DNA of 63,987 nucleotides, the filler included, from an uncultured Methanosarcinales archaeon (lineage in GTDB: Archaea > Nanobdellota > Nanobdellia > Woesearchaeales > UBA12501): NCBI GenBank assembly GCA_964397315.1. It is 4 parts of 4 records of this genome, joined end to end, with 100 filler letters (N's around TTAATTAATTAA, not from the genome) between each part and the next. Parts side by side here need not be neighbours in the genome. Positions count along the whole stretch, not along the records: positions 20,924 to 40,884 come from CAYNHV010000022.1; 3 more parts are not named here. The stretch is one strand, 5' to 3'. Both the position numbers and the translations under genes were made by a program. A model generated the notes under the pieces. That model was not told the origin of the DNA. It searched no databases and worked only from the letters and a program-made list of their open reading frames with translations. Of this stretch, positions 27,452 through 36,463 are shown piece by piece. Every line of letters begins with the position of its first letter. The first letter of the stretch is position 1.

Positions 27452-29389
27452 TCACTGGTCTGCGGCAGCTACTCGCACAGGAGGCTCAGGCACATTAATC
27501 CCTTCAGGATGGTCATTTGAATAAAAAACCCATCTGTCACCCTCCTTTACATATATGCCCATCTTGTATCTTTGCTCAATGTTATTCTGCTGGGTTTGCA
27601 GGATGTTGTTTCCAAACTCAGAAGGGTTATCTATCTCAGAAGGCCAGTTTGTAAGCACATCCTCCCAAACATCCCCATCCTCTGCAGGTGCTGTGGAATC
27701 ATAACCTACAACAAGCTTTAGGTTCGGGAATCTCTCATTAAGTTCGTACAAGACATTTTCACCTTCACTTTCCTCAGGATTCCTGACAGAGTTGCAACTG
27801 CTGGTCATTACGACTTCAACATTATCTGAGCTCTCAATCTCAGATATGTGCATCTCTCCATTCACACCCCATATGCTGTCATCCCCCTCATAGTGATGGC
27901 CTGTGAGCATAAGCACTTCAGTATCTTCCAGATTTACGTTATCAATAAACTTTGCATTAGTGCCCACAAAGTCAATATTGCCATTGGCTCTTGCTCCTTT
28001 AAGAGAAGCGTCCTGGCCATCTTCATAATTGGCGGCAATATGGGTAACTCTCACACCTCCCGGATTCTGGGAAGGAGATACAGTCATAAGATGCTCACAT
28101 TCTCCGGCAGCGAGCTGTGCACTTGTGCAGCTTTCAATATTATCACCCTCCTTTGACACGAACACAATCTCGCCTTCTGAGTTATAATATCCTGCTATAA
28201 AATCTGCATGTATCTCTGATGGATTGCCTTTGCAATACACTCCATCCGAATCCATTGTTATTAGGCCCCCTCTTGGAGGATTGCCTGAAAGCCCGTCATC
28301 ATACACCACATGACTGTTATCATTTATGGGGTTTATGTTTATCATATCCACCCTGCCTTGCTCACTGGTAATCTTTATGTGGCTGTTCTCCGCTGCATCT
28401 ACCTTGAGTTGCATTATCTCATCATCCCCATATAAGTTCTCATGGAAGTGATAGTTGAATCTTATGCAGCTTGTGCCTTCAATGCAATTTCCCTCCCCAG
28501 CCGCATTTACCAGGTACAGGGGCTTGTCAGCCTCAACAGTGAAAGTTTCACCCTCAATGCCCATATGGGTATAACTGCCTTCGTACACCATTATGTTATT
28601 ATCAAAAATTCCTGCCTGGCCGCTGAATCTGCCTACAATTCCCCTTATGCTCTCTGCTGCGTTGCCTTCAGCGCCTGTCACAACACTGCCAGGAGGTCTG
28701 TTTCCTTCAACAATCACATCGGTTCCTGACACATAGGTCATACCATTCATGGAAGTTAGAGTGATATCATTGTCAGAGTAGAACTCATGATCACCCACTC
28801 TGACAGTGCTGCCTAGGATGATAATGTCTGTCCTCTCATGGCTTGCTGCAGAGGCGTCCACTTCCCCTCCATCTATTGTGATAAATCCTTGCTGGTCTCT
28901 TGTCACAGAAGCTCCCGAAACTCTAGGCCCCCCGCTTAGGGTGACGCTGCCATCAGGCCATACTTTTGCCTCAACATCAACAAAAGCATAGGCATCAATA
29001 GTTGTTGATCTGTCTCCTGCAGTGATTATTTTGCTGCCGTCATAACTTTTGATAGATCCTCCCCCATCTGTGAGGCCATGTTTCCTGAACCAGATCTCCT
29101 TTATTTCAGGGTTGTCATTTATGAGTGATGTATCCTCAGCTGCCATATTATCTAGTCTTTCAAATACATCCTCATCGTCGGCAAGCAGTTCAGGATTCTG
29201 TCTTACGACTTCCTTCATATTATTGTCATTAATTACAGATAAATCAGATATATCCCCTCTTTTGATAGCGCCTGCAATGTCTTCTGCTTCCATGCGATTC
29301 ACATAATCTGGATCCTCATAATCAGGCTCTTCTGCGTAAGCGCAGGCCACACTCATAAGGAGGACTAGTAAAAGCAGGCAAAACCTCAT
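27452..29389 (-). CDS. Secreted acidic protein with possible C-terminal His-Cys (clan CD-like) peptidase domain
   Basis: Signal peptide; beta-rich middle; LMLTGHH and VMTSSCNSV motifs. Confidence 0.65.
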   Translation of the reverse strand: MRFCLLLLVLLMSVACAYAEEPDYEDPDYVNRMEAEDIAGAIKRGDISDLSVINDNNMKEVVRQNPELLADDEDVFERLDNMAAEDTSLINDNPEIKEIWFRKHGLTDGGGSIKSYDGSKIITAGDRSTTIDAYAFVDVEAKVWPDGSVTLSGGPRVSGASVTRDQQGFITIDGGEVDASAASHERTDIIILGSTVRVGDHEFYSDNDITLTSMNGMTYVSGTDVIVEGNRPPGSVVTGAEGNAAESIRGIVGRFSGQAGIFDNNIMVYEGSYTHMGIEGETFTVEADKPLYLVNAAGEGNCIEGTSCIRFNYHFHENLYGDDEIMQLKVDAAENSHIKITSEQGRVDMININPINDNSHVVYDDGLSGNPPRGGLITMDSDGVYCKGNPSEIHADFIAGYYNSEGEIVFVSKEGDNIESCTSAQLAAGECEHLMTVSPSQNPGGVRVTHIAANYEDGQDASLKGARANGNIDFVGTNAKFIDNVNLEDTEVLMLTGHHYEGDDSIWGVNGEMHISEIESSDNVEVVMTSSCNSVRNPEESEGENVLYELNERFPNLKLVVGYDSTAPAEDGDVWEDVLTNWPSEIDNPSEFGNNILQTQQNNIEQRYKMGIYVKEGDRWVFYSNDHPEGINVPEPPVRVAAADQ

Positions 29390-30150
29390 CCTGCATCACC
29401 CCACTCATAGCCAATTACAAAGGAGAATACAAGGGGCTCTGGAAGCGATTGATCTTCAAAAACAAGATTAAAGAGCTGATTTGGCTCGGCAAAATCCACA
29501 ATCTCATATGAGAATCCCTCTTCAGCTGCCAGCTCTAAAAGAAAGCTCAGAGGCATTTTGTTGCTCTCCTCTGCCTGTTTTTCTGCTATTGATCCTGCTG
29601 TCTCAAGCACGCTTCTGAGATCAAATTCTACAATCTCAAGGAAATCCTCTATTCTTGTGCTTGATTCTCCCCTGATAATCTCAACAGGGTATTCCATATC
29701 AAATATTACGCTCTCCTCAGCGATTCTTACTCCTGGTTTTATATCCCTCTCCTTTATGGTGTAACCCTTGCGTTTGAATTCTTCAAAATTTTTTATGCAT
29801 TTTGGGAGCTCTGCCTTAACATACGCTGAGAGCTCCTGCTCTACAGTGTGTATGCTTGGATGATTGGAGTGCCCAAAAATATAATAAAAAGGGATTTTCC
29901 TGTTGAGATAATTTTTGTAAGGCTCAGGAACAGAATAATAGCCTCCCTGGCTGCTGATTACATATATGCTGTCAACAGATGTTTTCTCAAAGCACTCCTC
30001 TACAAATATCCTTACAGGACTGCTCTCCAGAGCGCCGCTGCTGTTAGGCTTGTAAGTTTCTTTTACTGAAAGCATATAAACCAGCAATCCGATCATTGCA
30101 AGCAACAGTACCCCCATTATTATGAAAGCAGTTATTTGTCCTTTTTTCAT
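29386..30150 (-). CDS. Class III signal peptide (pilin-like) protein
   Basis: MKKG|QITAFII prepilin-like cleavage motif followed by a TM; domain related to the N-terminus of 56079-59996. Confidence 0.75.
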   Translation of the reverse strand: MKKGQITAFIIMGVLLLAMIGLLVYMLSVKETYKPNSSGALESSPVRIFVEECFEKTSVDSIYVISSQGGYYSVPEPYKNYLNRKIPFYYIFGHSNHPSIHTVEQELSAYVKAELPKCIKNFEEFKRKGYTIKERDIKPGVRIAEESVIFDMEYPVEIIRGESSTRIEDFLEIVEFDLRSVLETAGSIAEKQAEESNKMPLSFLLELAAEEGFSYEIVDFAEPNQLFNLVFEDQSLPEPLVFSFVIGYEWGDAG

Positions 30151-30194
30151 AATAAAAGAAAAAGAAACATACTATTTAAATATTGCTAAAATCC

Positions 30195-30761
30195 TCAGAA
30201 ATAAGCCCCAAGGACCTTGTTCTCCATCTGCCTTATTACAGATGGGTCAATCCTGACAATGTTCTCCCTTACCTGCCTTGCCTTGAAGTAGGGGTTCAGT
30301 TTGAAATAAAGCTTTCCCTCCTTTATCTCTCTTCTGAGCTTCACTCCCTTGTCAAGCATGGAGCTTATGATGTTCCTGCAGTGCTCACTGCTGAAATGCG
30401 TCCTCCCCATTATCTCTTTAAATGAGAGGAATCCCTCCTCATGCATATAAAGCACCAGAAACACCCTCTGCTCCTCAGGCTCCAGGCTTATGCTGTTCCT
30501 CTCATTTATAAGCTCCTTTACCATTGCAGAGACATGGTCCATGCGCTCATTGAGCTTCTCAATCTTCCTGTTAAGCTCTGCCAGGGACTCATGCTGGCTC
30601 TGGATCTCTTCTGTATTCTCATTGATGCTGTCAAGATGGTCCTCAAACTCTTCCTTGACAGTCTTGAAAGAATTCCTTATCCTGGTATCCATCTCTGAAA
30701 TCTCTTTGAAAATCTCTTTTCTCAGACTCTGCACTCCTACCTCTTTTGCCTTCAATGCCAA
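30195..30761 (-). CDS. Coiled-coil + winged-helix hypothetical protein
   Basis: Coiled-coil N-terminus, L..EEQRVFLVLY HTH-like C-terminus; start uncertain (TTG after GGGGTG). Confidence 0.6.
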   Translation of the reverse strand: MALKAKEVGVQSLRKEIFKEISEMDTRIRNSFKTVKEEFEDHLDSINENTEEIQSQHESLAELNRKIEKLNERMDHVSAMVKELINERNSISLEPEEQRVFLVLYMHEEGFLSFKEIMGRTHFSSEHCRNIISSMLDKGVKLRREIKEGKLYFKLNPYFKARQVRENIVRIDPSVIRQMENKVLGAYF

Positions 30762-30905
30762 ACTTACACCCCCATAAAATCCAGAATAATGTGGGTGGTT
30801 GAGGATGCTATTTAAAGATTTTGGTAGTGAAATGATTAGGTTTCCACTTGTACTTTCTGTTATAATTCCAAAAAACATAAAAAGACACTCTCCCCTCATT
30901 GCCTC

Positions 30906-31850
30906 ATGGCAAAAGAGGGTGGAAAAAGGGGCGGGGGGCATGAGTGCATAATCATAGGAGCTGGAATGGCAGGGCTCACAGCAGCCATGTACGCCTCAAG
31001 AAAAGAGATGGGCTTTCTGATCATATCCGAGGATTTCGGCGGCCAGCTCAATGTCTCAGGAGAGGTGGTCAACTATCCAGGCATAGTCAGGACCACAGGG
31101 GCTGAGTTCTCTGAGAAGATGCTTGAGCAAGTGAAGCTCAACAATATTGACATAAAGCAGGAAAAGGTTACAGGCGTTGAGGAGGCAGGAAAAAGCGGCT
31201 TTCTGGTCAGAACAAACAAGGGAGAGTATAAGGCGAGGAGCCTTGTGGTATGCACAGGAGCCAGGGCAAGAAAGCTTGATGTTCCTGGAGAGAAGGAATT
31301 TGCCAACAAGGGAGTCACCTACTGCTCTGTGTGCGACGGCCCCCTGTTCAAGGGAAAGAAGGTGGCTGTGGTTGGAGGAGGCAATTCCGGATTTGAGGCA
31401 GCAGACTTCATGCTCAACATAGCAGAAAGGATCTACATCCTTGACGCTGCAGAAGAGCCAATAGCCCATGAATACCTGCAGAAGAGGATAAAAGGGCATG
31501 ATAAGGTTGAGTACATAAACAAGGCCAAGGTAAAGGAGATAACAGGGGAGGAGTTTGTAAAAGGCCTGAAATATGAGAGAGATGGCAGGGAGCGCGAGCT
31601 TGATGTTGAGGGTGTTATCATAGAGATAGGGAGAGTTCCCAATACAGCGCTGTTTAAAGGCCTTGTGGAGCTTGACGAGCACGGCCACATCAGTATAGAC
31701 TGCTCTGCCCGTACGTCAAAAGAAGGCATATTTGCTGCCGGAGACTGCGCCTCAGGAGAGGAGTACCAGTACTGCATAGCAGCCGGCCAGGGATGCATGG
31801 CCCTGCTCAAGGCTGCAAGGTACCTGGCAAGGAAGGAGTCTGGAGAGTGA
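30906..31850 (+). CDS. trxB: Thioredoxin reductase (FAD/NADPH disulfide reductase)
   Basis: GAG.AG, GVTYCSVCDG, GGGNS, FAAGD. Confidence 0.93.
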   Translation: MAKEGGKRGGGHECIIIGAGMAGLTAAMYASRKEMGFLIISEDFGGQLNVSGEVVNYPGIVRTTGAEFSEKMLEQVKLNNIDIKQEKVTGVEEAGKSGFLVRTNKGEYKARSLVVCTGARARKLDVPGEKEFANKGVTYCSVCDGPLFKGKKVAVVGGGNSGFEAADFMLNIAERIYILDAAEEPIAHEYLQKRIKGHDKVEYINKAKVKEITGEEFVKGLKYERDGRERELDVEGVIIEIGRVPNTALFKGLVELDEHGHISIDCSARTSKEGIFAAGDCASGEEYQYCIAAGQGCMALLKAARYLARKESGE

Positions 31851-32026
31851 TACTTGTGATACTGATTGCTGTCATTATTGCTGTGCTTGCTGTGCTGCTG
31901 GGCTTGGCAGGGCTGTTGGCTGCAGGGAAGTCCGGGAAGGCCTCAAGGGCGCTGCTAATAACAGCAGGGGTGCTGCTTGTGGTGAGCGCGCTGCATTTCG
32001 TGTTCTTTATGTTCTACTTCAGATAA
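31847..32026 (+). CDS. Small two-TM membrane protein
   Basis: GTG start overlapping the trxB stop; two hydrophobic segments. Confidence 0.55.
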   Translation: MILVILIAVIIAVLAVLLGLAGLLAAGKSGKASRALLITAGVLLVVSALHFVFFMFYFR

Positions 32027-32099
32027 TGTGCAGACGTCCTTCATGGCTGGTTATGCCATGCAAAACCTTTAAAAAGGGAGTGTTTATCTTTTGCGCTAA

Positions 32100-32216
32100 G
32101 CCGGTGTAGCTTAGTGGTTAAAGCGCCACGCTCATAAAGTCCATGAGCGATGAGGCTTCGGCCTGTGATTATGGCGTGCTACGTGGAGATCGGGGGTTCA
32201 AGTCCCCTCACCGGCA
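32100..32216 (+). tRNA. tRNA-Met(CAT), elongator type, with 44-nt intron at 37/38 (32137-32180)
   Basis: GCCGGTG/CACCGGC acceptor stem, CCACG/CGTGG anticodon stem, GTTCAAGTC T-loop. Confidence 0.88.
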
Positions 32217-32357
32217 GTTTTTATTCAATTGAGGGGGGTGGGGTGGTCGCGGGGCTAAACGAGCAAAGTGAGTTTATGCCCCGCTTGGCGTTGCATGCCA
32301 GCTGGGCGTAACCAGCTGCGGCAGGGTTCAAGTCCCCTCACCGGCAGTTTTCTTAAA

Positions 32358-33011
32358 ATGAAAAGAATAACCACAAAAGACGGCTCAGTGACTTTCCACA
32401 ATCCTGCTTATGAAGAGGCTTATCATTCTCTCACAGGAGCAAGGGAAGAGGCTGTAAAGAAGTATGCAGAGCCGTGCAGGATAGCAGAGCTGTCCAGGGA
32501 GAAGGGAGGTATTAATGTGCTTGATGTCTGCTTTGGCTTGGGATACAACTCTGCTGCTGCGGTTGACGCTGCTCTTGCGGCAAACCCCTCCTGCAGGATA
32601 AGGATAACCGGACTGGAGAATGACCAGGGAATACTTGACGAGACAGTGAATATTGACGCGGACTTCAAAAGCTACAGCATAATGAAAGAGGCTGCAGCAA
32701 AACACAGGACAAGGGGCAATGTTGAGATTAACATCCTCTTGGGCGATGCAAGGGAAAAGATAAGGGAGATTGATGAGAAAGAAAGTTTTGATGCTGTCTT
32801 TCTTGACCCCTTCTCTCCGAAAAAATGCCCTGAGCTGTGGAGTGAGAATTTCTTCGCTGACATACGCAGGCTGATGAGAGAAGGCGCGATAATGGCAACA
32901 TATTCCTGCGCAAAAAGCGTGAGGGAGAGCATGAGGAAAGCGGGCTTTGAAGTTAGGGACGGCCCTGTTGTTGGAAGATGGGCGCCAGGTACTATTGCAA
33001 TAAATGGATAA
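32358..33011 (+). CDS. MnmC/MnmD-like SAM-dependent tRNA methyltransferase
   Basis: T.DGS.T, E.YHS..GA.EEA, DVCFGLGYN, LDPFSP..CPELW. Confidence 0.85.
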   Translation: MKRITTKDGSVTFHNPAYEEAYHSLTGAREEAVKKYAEPCRIAELSREKGGINVLDVCFGLGYNSAAAVDAALAANPSCRIRITGLENDQGILDETVNIDADFKSYSIMKEAAAKHRTRGNVEINILLGDAREKIREIDEKESFDAVFLDPFSPKKCPELWSENFFADIRRLMREGAIMATYSCAKSVRESMRKAGFEVRDGPVVGRWAPGTIAING

Positions 33012-33020
33012 AAAGAAGAA

Positions 33021-33228
33021 CGCCAGCGCCCGGAGATTCAGCCAAAGACTTTCTTTCCCTGGCATTTGAACCGGGATATGCCTAAGCAAACCCGCTCTCG
33101 AGGCGGGCGCAATTTCCTGTGCTTAGCTCGGGGCGGGTCACGCGGAAACGGAGTTCCTTCCCATGGTGGGGAGGCCGTTTGCGTTGCGATCGTAGCGAAC
33201 AAAGCAAACCAGGTTATGCGACGCTGGC
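33021..33228 (-). tRNA. tRNA-Ser(CGA) with two non-canonical introns (D-loop 20/21, 33114-33207; T-loop 59/60, 33035-33064)
   Basis: GCCAGCG/CGCTGGC acceptor stem, CCCGC-CTCGAGA-GCGGG anticodon arm, variable arm; both introns form 3-4-3 BHB motifs. Confidence 0.88.
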
Positions 33229-33288
33229 ATTATAAACCTGCACAATAACTGTCTTTTCTGCCTGACTTAAAAATTTTTCCAGAAAAAG

Positions 33289-34467
33289 CTATTCCCTGAT
33301 GACTGACACTATCCTCACGGCCATGCCTGCAACAAACGACACCACTGCTCCTGCTATGAGGTAATTCATGTAATAGTTCCTGCCTGTGAAGTACAGCGCC
33401 AGGCTTGCGGCCAGCAGCGCAAAGGCCAGCACTATTAACACATTTGCTGCAGTTAATATGCTGAACCCCCTCTTCCCTTCAGGCTTTCCCCTGAGCTTTG
33501 CCACTTTTGCGTCCAGGGCCTTGACATCCCTGTTGAGCTTGCTGTTCTCTTTAACCTCATTGCCCAGCTCCTTGAGCCTTTCCTCCATGTCATTCATTCT
33601 TGAGCTTAGCTCTTCTGCCTGCTGCTCAAAATAGGCCTTGCTCAGCTTGTCCTTTCTTATCTGTTTTATCTCCTTGTTGAGTGTTTTCAGGTCCTCGACA
33701 TCATCCTTGATGCTGTCAAACTCCCTGTTCACATCCCTCAGAATCTCGCTCATCTGGCTCCTGCTCACAAGACTCTTCTGCTCCTCCCTTGCCTTGTTCA
33801 GCCCCTCCATGAGCTTGGCCATCCTCTTGCCGGATTCCTTCCTCTCGGATTCAACAATCTTTTTTACATCCTCTTTCAGGCCCGCCTGTTTTGCGTTCAC
33901 CTTGTCGTCCTGCTCTTTTACCTTCCTGTCTGTCTCTTTCCTGAGCTTTTCAGCTATCTCATCAACTATCTCCCCTCCTTTTTTTCCGTACAGCTCTATC
34001 CTGTCCGTCATTCGGTTGATTTCCGCGCTCATCTCTTTTGCGAACTGCTTCAGCCTCGCTTCTGTTACAGCAGACCTGCTGGTCTTTTCCGTGAGGTCTG
34101 CCTGGTTTTTCAGCTCGTCAAGCCTTTCGTTAATGTTCTGCTTCTCTGCTTCAAACTTGTCCCTGTCCACAAGCTTCTCGTTTATCTTTTTCAGCTGCTC
34201 TTCAGCCCTGTCCAGCCTCTTGATGTCCTCCTTGACATCAGCTATCTTTATCTTCAGGGCATTGAGCTTGTCCACTGTGACAAAGTCTTTCCTGGAATCA
34301 TCCATCTTCTTCTTGGCTTCTGCCAGGGAGTTCTGGAAAAGATGCAGCTTCTCATTTACATCATCCATGTCCTTTTTTATGGCGCTGAAAGAATTCTTAA
34401 GTATCTCATTTAGCTCTTCAATATTCCTGGCCCTTGTCTGTTCAGCCTTTCCCTTTTTGGCCATCAT
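33289..34467 (-). CDS. Long coiled-coil protein with two C-terminal TMs
   Basis: Heptad K/E-rich sequence; C-terminal hydrophobic hairpin. Confidence 0.75.
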   Translation of the reverse strand: MMAKKGKAEQTRARNIEELNEILKNSFSAIKKDMDDVNEKLHLFQNSLAEAKKKMDDSRKDFVTVDKLNALKIKIADVKEDIKRLDRAEEQLKKINEKLVDRDKFEAEKQNINERLDELKNQADLTEKTSRSAVTEARLKQFAKEMSAEINRMTDRIELYGKKGGEIVDEIAEKLRKETDRKVKEQDDKVNAKQAGLKEDVKKIVESERKESGKRMAKLMEGLNKAREEQKSLVSRSQMSEILRDVNREFDSIKDDVEDLKTLNKEIKQIRKDKLSKAYFEQQAEELSSRMNDMEERLKELGNEVKENSKLNRDVKALDAKVAKLRGKPEGKRGFSILTAANVLIVLAFALLAASLALYFTGRNYYMNYLIAGAVVSFVAGMAVRIVSVIRE

Positions 34468-34562
34468 CCACCCCTGACAGTTCAGAGGAGCCAAGGATAT
34501 ATAAATATTACGGTTGTTTTAGCACTTTGGAGTAGAAATAGAACACTGGCCAGAGAATCTTC

Positions 34563-34925
34563 TTAAGAGGGCTGTCTCCTGCTGTCAGAGTCCTGTTTTT
34601 TTCTCCCTGCTTTCTTCGGAATCATGAAGCGCATGTAATTCCTGCAGTTCTCGCAGTAGTATATGACCCTGCCCTTCTGGTTTCTTACCCTCGCATTAGC
34701 GCCAGGCCTCAGGTATTTATAGCAGTGCCTGCAGAACTTCCTCTTCAGCTCAGGAGGGATTCTTACCTTGTACTTCATGCTTATCCTCCTTGCGAGCTGC
34801 ACATACCTGTCAGCAAGGTCAGGCCTCTCATCAAATATCCTGTCAGCCTGCGCGAAGAGCTGCTGTATCCTTTCCCTGGCTATTCTTGTCTGGTCTGCGG
34901 GCTTTTTGCGGTGCTTGCGTTTCAT
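34563..34925 (-). CDS. rnp4: Ribonuclease P protein component 4 (Rpp21)
   Basis: IARERI..LF..A, RYV.LA, FC..C..L.PG, C..C. Confidence 0.93.
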   Translation of the reverse strand: MKRKHRKKPADQTRIARERIQQLFAQADRIFDERPDLADRYVQLARRISMKYKVRIPPELKRKFCRHCYKYLRPGANARVRNQKGRVIYYCENCRNYMRFMIPKKAGRKKQDSDSRRQPS

Positions 34926-35018
34926 TAAAGGCTCTAATAAGGGATTCTGTTTAAATTTTTATCGCCTCTAGCCAGGTGCACCGCAAACAATATAAACCCC
35001 CTGACTGACATCAGGGGT

Positions 35019-36296
35019 ATGGGGTGGCTGGATTCCATATTCAGGAAAAAGAAAAAAGAGCCTGAGACAGTTAATGTTGAGCTCAAGAGGCTTTCTGAGT
35101 GGTTTGATGAGAGGGCAGAGCCTCTTCTTGAGAGCATAAAGGATGACATAAAATCAAAGCTTAAGCAGATAAACAAGACTGCGGAAGAGGCAAGGGAGAA
35201 CAGCAGGATCCTGAAGAGCGCGAGGCTGAAGAACGAGAACATTCCTGACAGGGCAATGCAGGTCATGCAGGGCAACAGGGACGCTTACATAAAGGCGGTC
35301 AGTCTCTTTCTTGACCAGCTCAAGACACCTTCATCAGTCACCATAGGCAGCATAAATGATTTCCTGACCAGGTTTGAGGAGAACCTTGACCATTTCACAA
35401 AAACATCCTCAAGGAGCTATTACGTGCTCCAGGAATTCTTCGGCAAGGAATCAGGGGTGATAGCCCAGAACATAAAGAGGATTGACGCCATTGCAAGAAG
35501 CCTTCTGGATAATGATTACAGGAAGATAAACTCAATAAGGGAGAAGATAGGGGAGATAGATGACTTTCTTGAGATGAGAAAGAACGCTGCGGACCAGATA
35601 GAGGATGAGATGGCCAACTACAACTCAATAAAAGCAGCATACCAGGAGACGCAGGACAGGATAGACAAGATTGAGCAGAGCAGGGATTACAGGGAGCTCA
35701 GAGAGCTGGAAAAGGAGAAAAAAGGCGTGGAAGAGCAGATAAAAGCAAACGAGGAAGGGCTCAAAAACCTTCTCTCCCCTCTTGAGAAGTCAATGAAGAA
35801 ATACTCAAAGATGGCTGCCGAGGGAGAGCACCTCCTTAATGATTATCTTGAGTCCCCTGTTGAGGCGCTGTTGAAAGACAGTTCTCTCAGGATACTTGAG
35901 GTTCTCAAGAAAATGAAGGAGGCTGTCAGCTCCGGCCAGCTTGACCTCAAGGAAAAAAAGAAAGAAAAAACCCTTGAGGCGATAGACAGCATAACCTCGG
36001 ACAGGCTGAACGAGTACGCGGCAAAGCACAAAGAGCTTAAAGACTCTCTTGACAAGCTGAAGAAAAGAGAAAGCATAAACACCGCCGCGCAGAAGCTCAG
36101 TGAGCTGCAGTACAAGCTCTCCCATCTGAAGGGGCAGCTTGACAGGTCCGCCAGCCAGATTGAGAAGCTGAAGAAGCAGATGGAGAAGTCAGACCTCAGG
36201 GAAAAGCTCTCTGAGATTGAGAATGAGGTAAAGGATGTTCTTTCAGTAAGGCTGAAGGTAAGGTGGAAGAATGAGGACGCGCAAAAAACTGCTTAA
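35019..36296 (+). CDS. Coiled-coil hypothetical protein
   Basis: 425-aa ORF with host-like codon usage, helical K/E-rich sequence. Confidence 0.75.
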   Translation: MGWLDSIFRKKKKEPETVNVELKRLSEWFDERAEPLLESIKDDIKSKLKQINKTAEEARENSRILKSARLKNENIPDRAMQVMQGNRDAYIKAVSLFLDQLKTPSSVTIGSINDFLTRFEENLDHFTKTSSRSYYVLQEFFGKESGVIAQNIKRIDAIARSLLDNDYRKINSIREKIGEIDDFLEMRKNAADQIEDEMANYNSIKAAYQETQDRIDKIEQSRDYRELRELEKEKKGVEEQIKANEEGLKNLLSPLEKSMKKYSKMAAEGEHLLNDYLESPVEALLKDSSLRILEVLKKMKEAVSSGQLDLKEKKKEKTLEAIDSITSDRLNEYAAKHKELKDSLDKLKKRESINTAAQKLSELQYKLSHLKGQLDRSASQIEKLKKQMEKSDLREKLSEIENEVKDVLSVRLKVRWKNEDAQKTA

Positions 36297-36429
36297 TCCT
36301 CTGCTGGGGATAGCTCTGATAATCGTGGGGGTTCTTCTCTCAATGGATTTCATACTCAGGTTTGCTGTGGCAGCTCTCGGCATTTTTCTCATAATAATCG
36401 GCATGAGCCTTCTCACAAGGAAATGGTAG
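36271..36429 (+). CDS. Small two-TM protein (52 aa, below the ORF-track cutoff)
   Basis: MRTRKKLLNPLLGIALIIVGVLL...IIIGMSLLTRKW. Confidence 0.55.
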   Translation: MRTRKKLLNPLLGIALIIVGVLLSMDFILRFAVAALGIFLIIIGMSLLTRKW

Positions 36430-36463
36430 CAAAGAGGCAGTTCAAGAAAAGAGGCAGTTCAAG

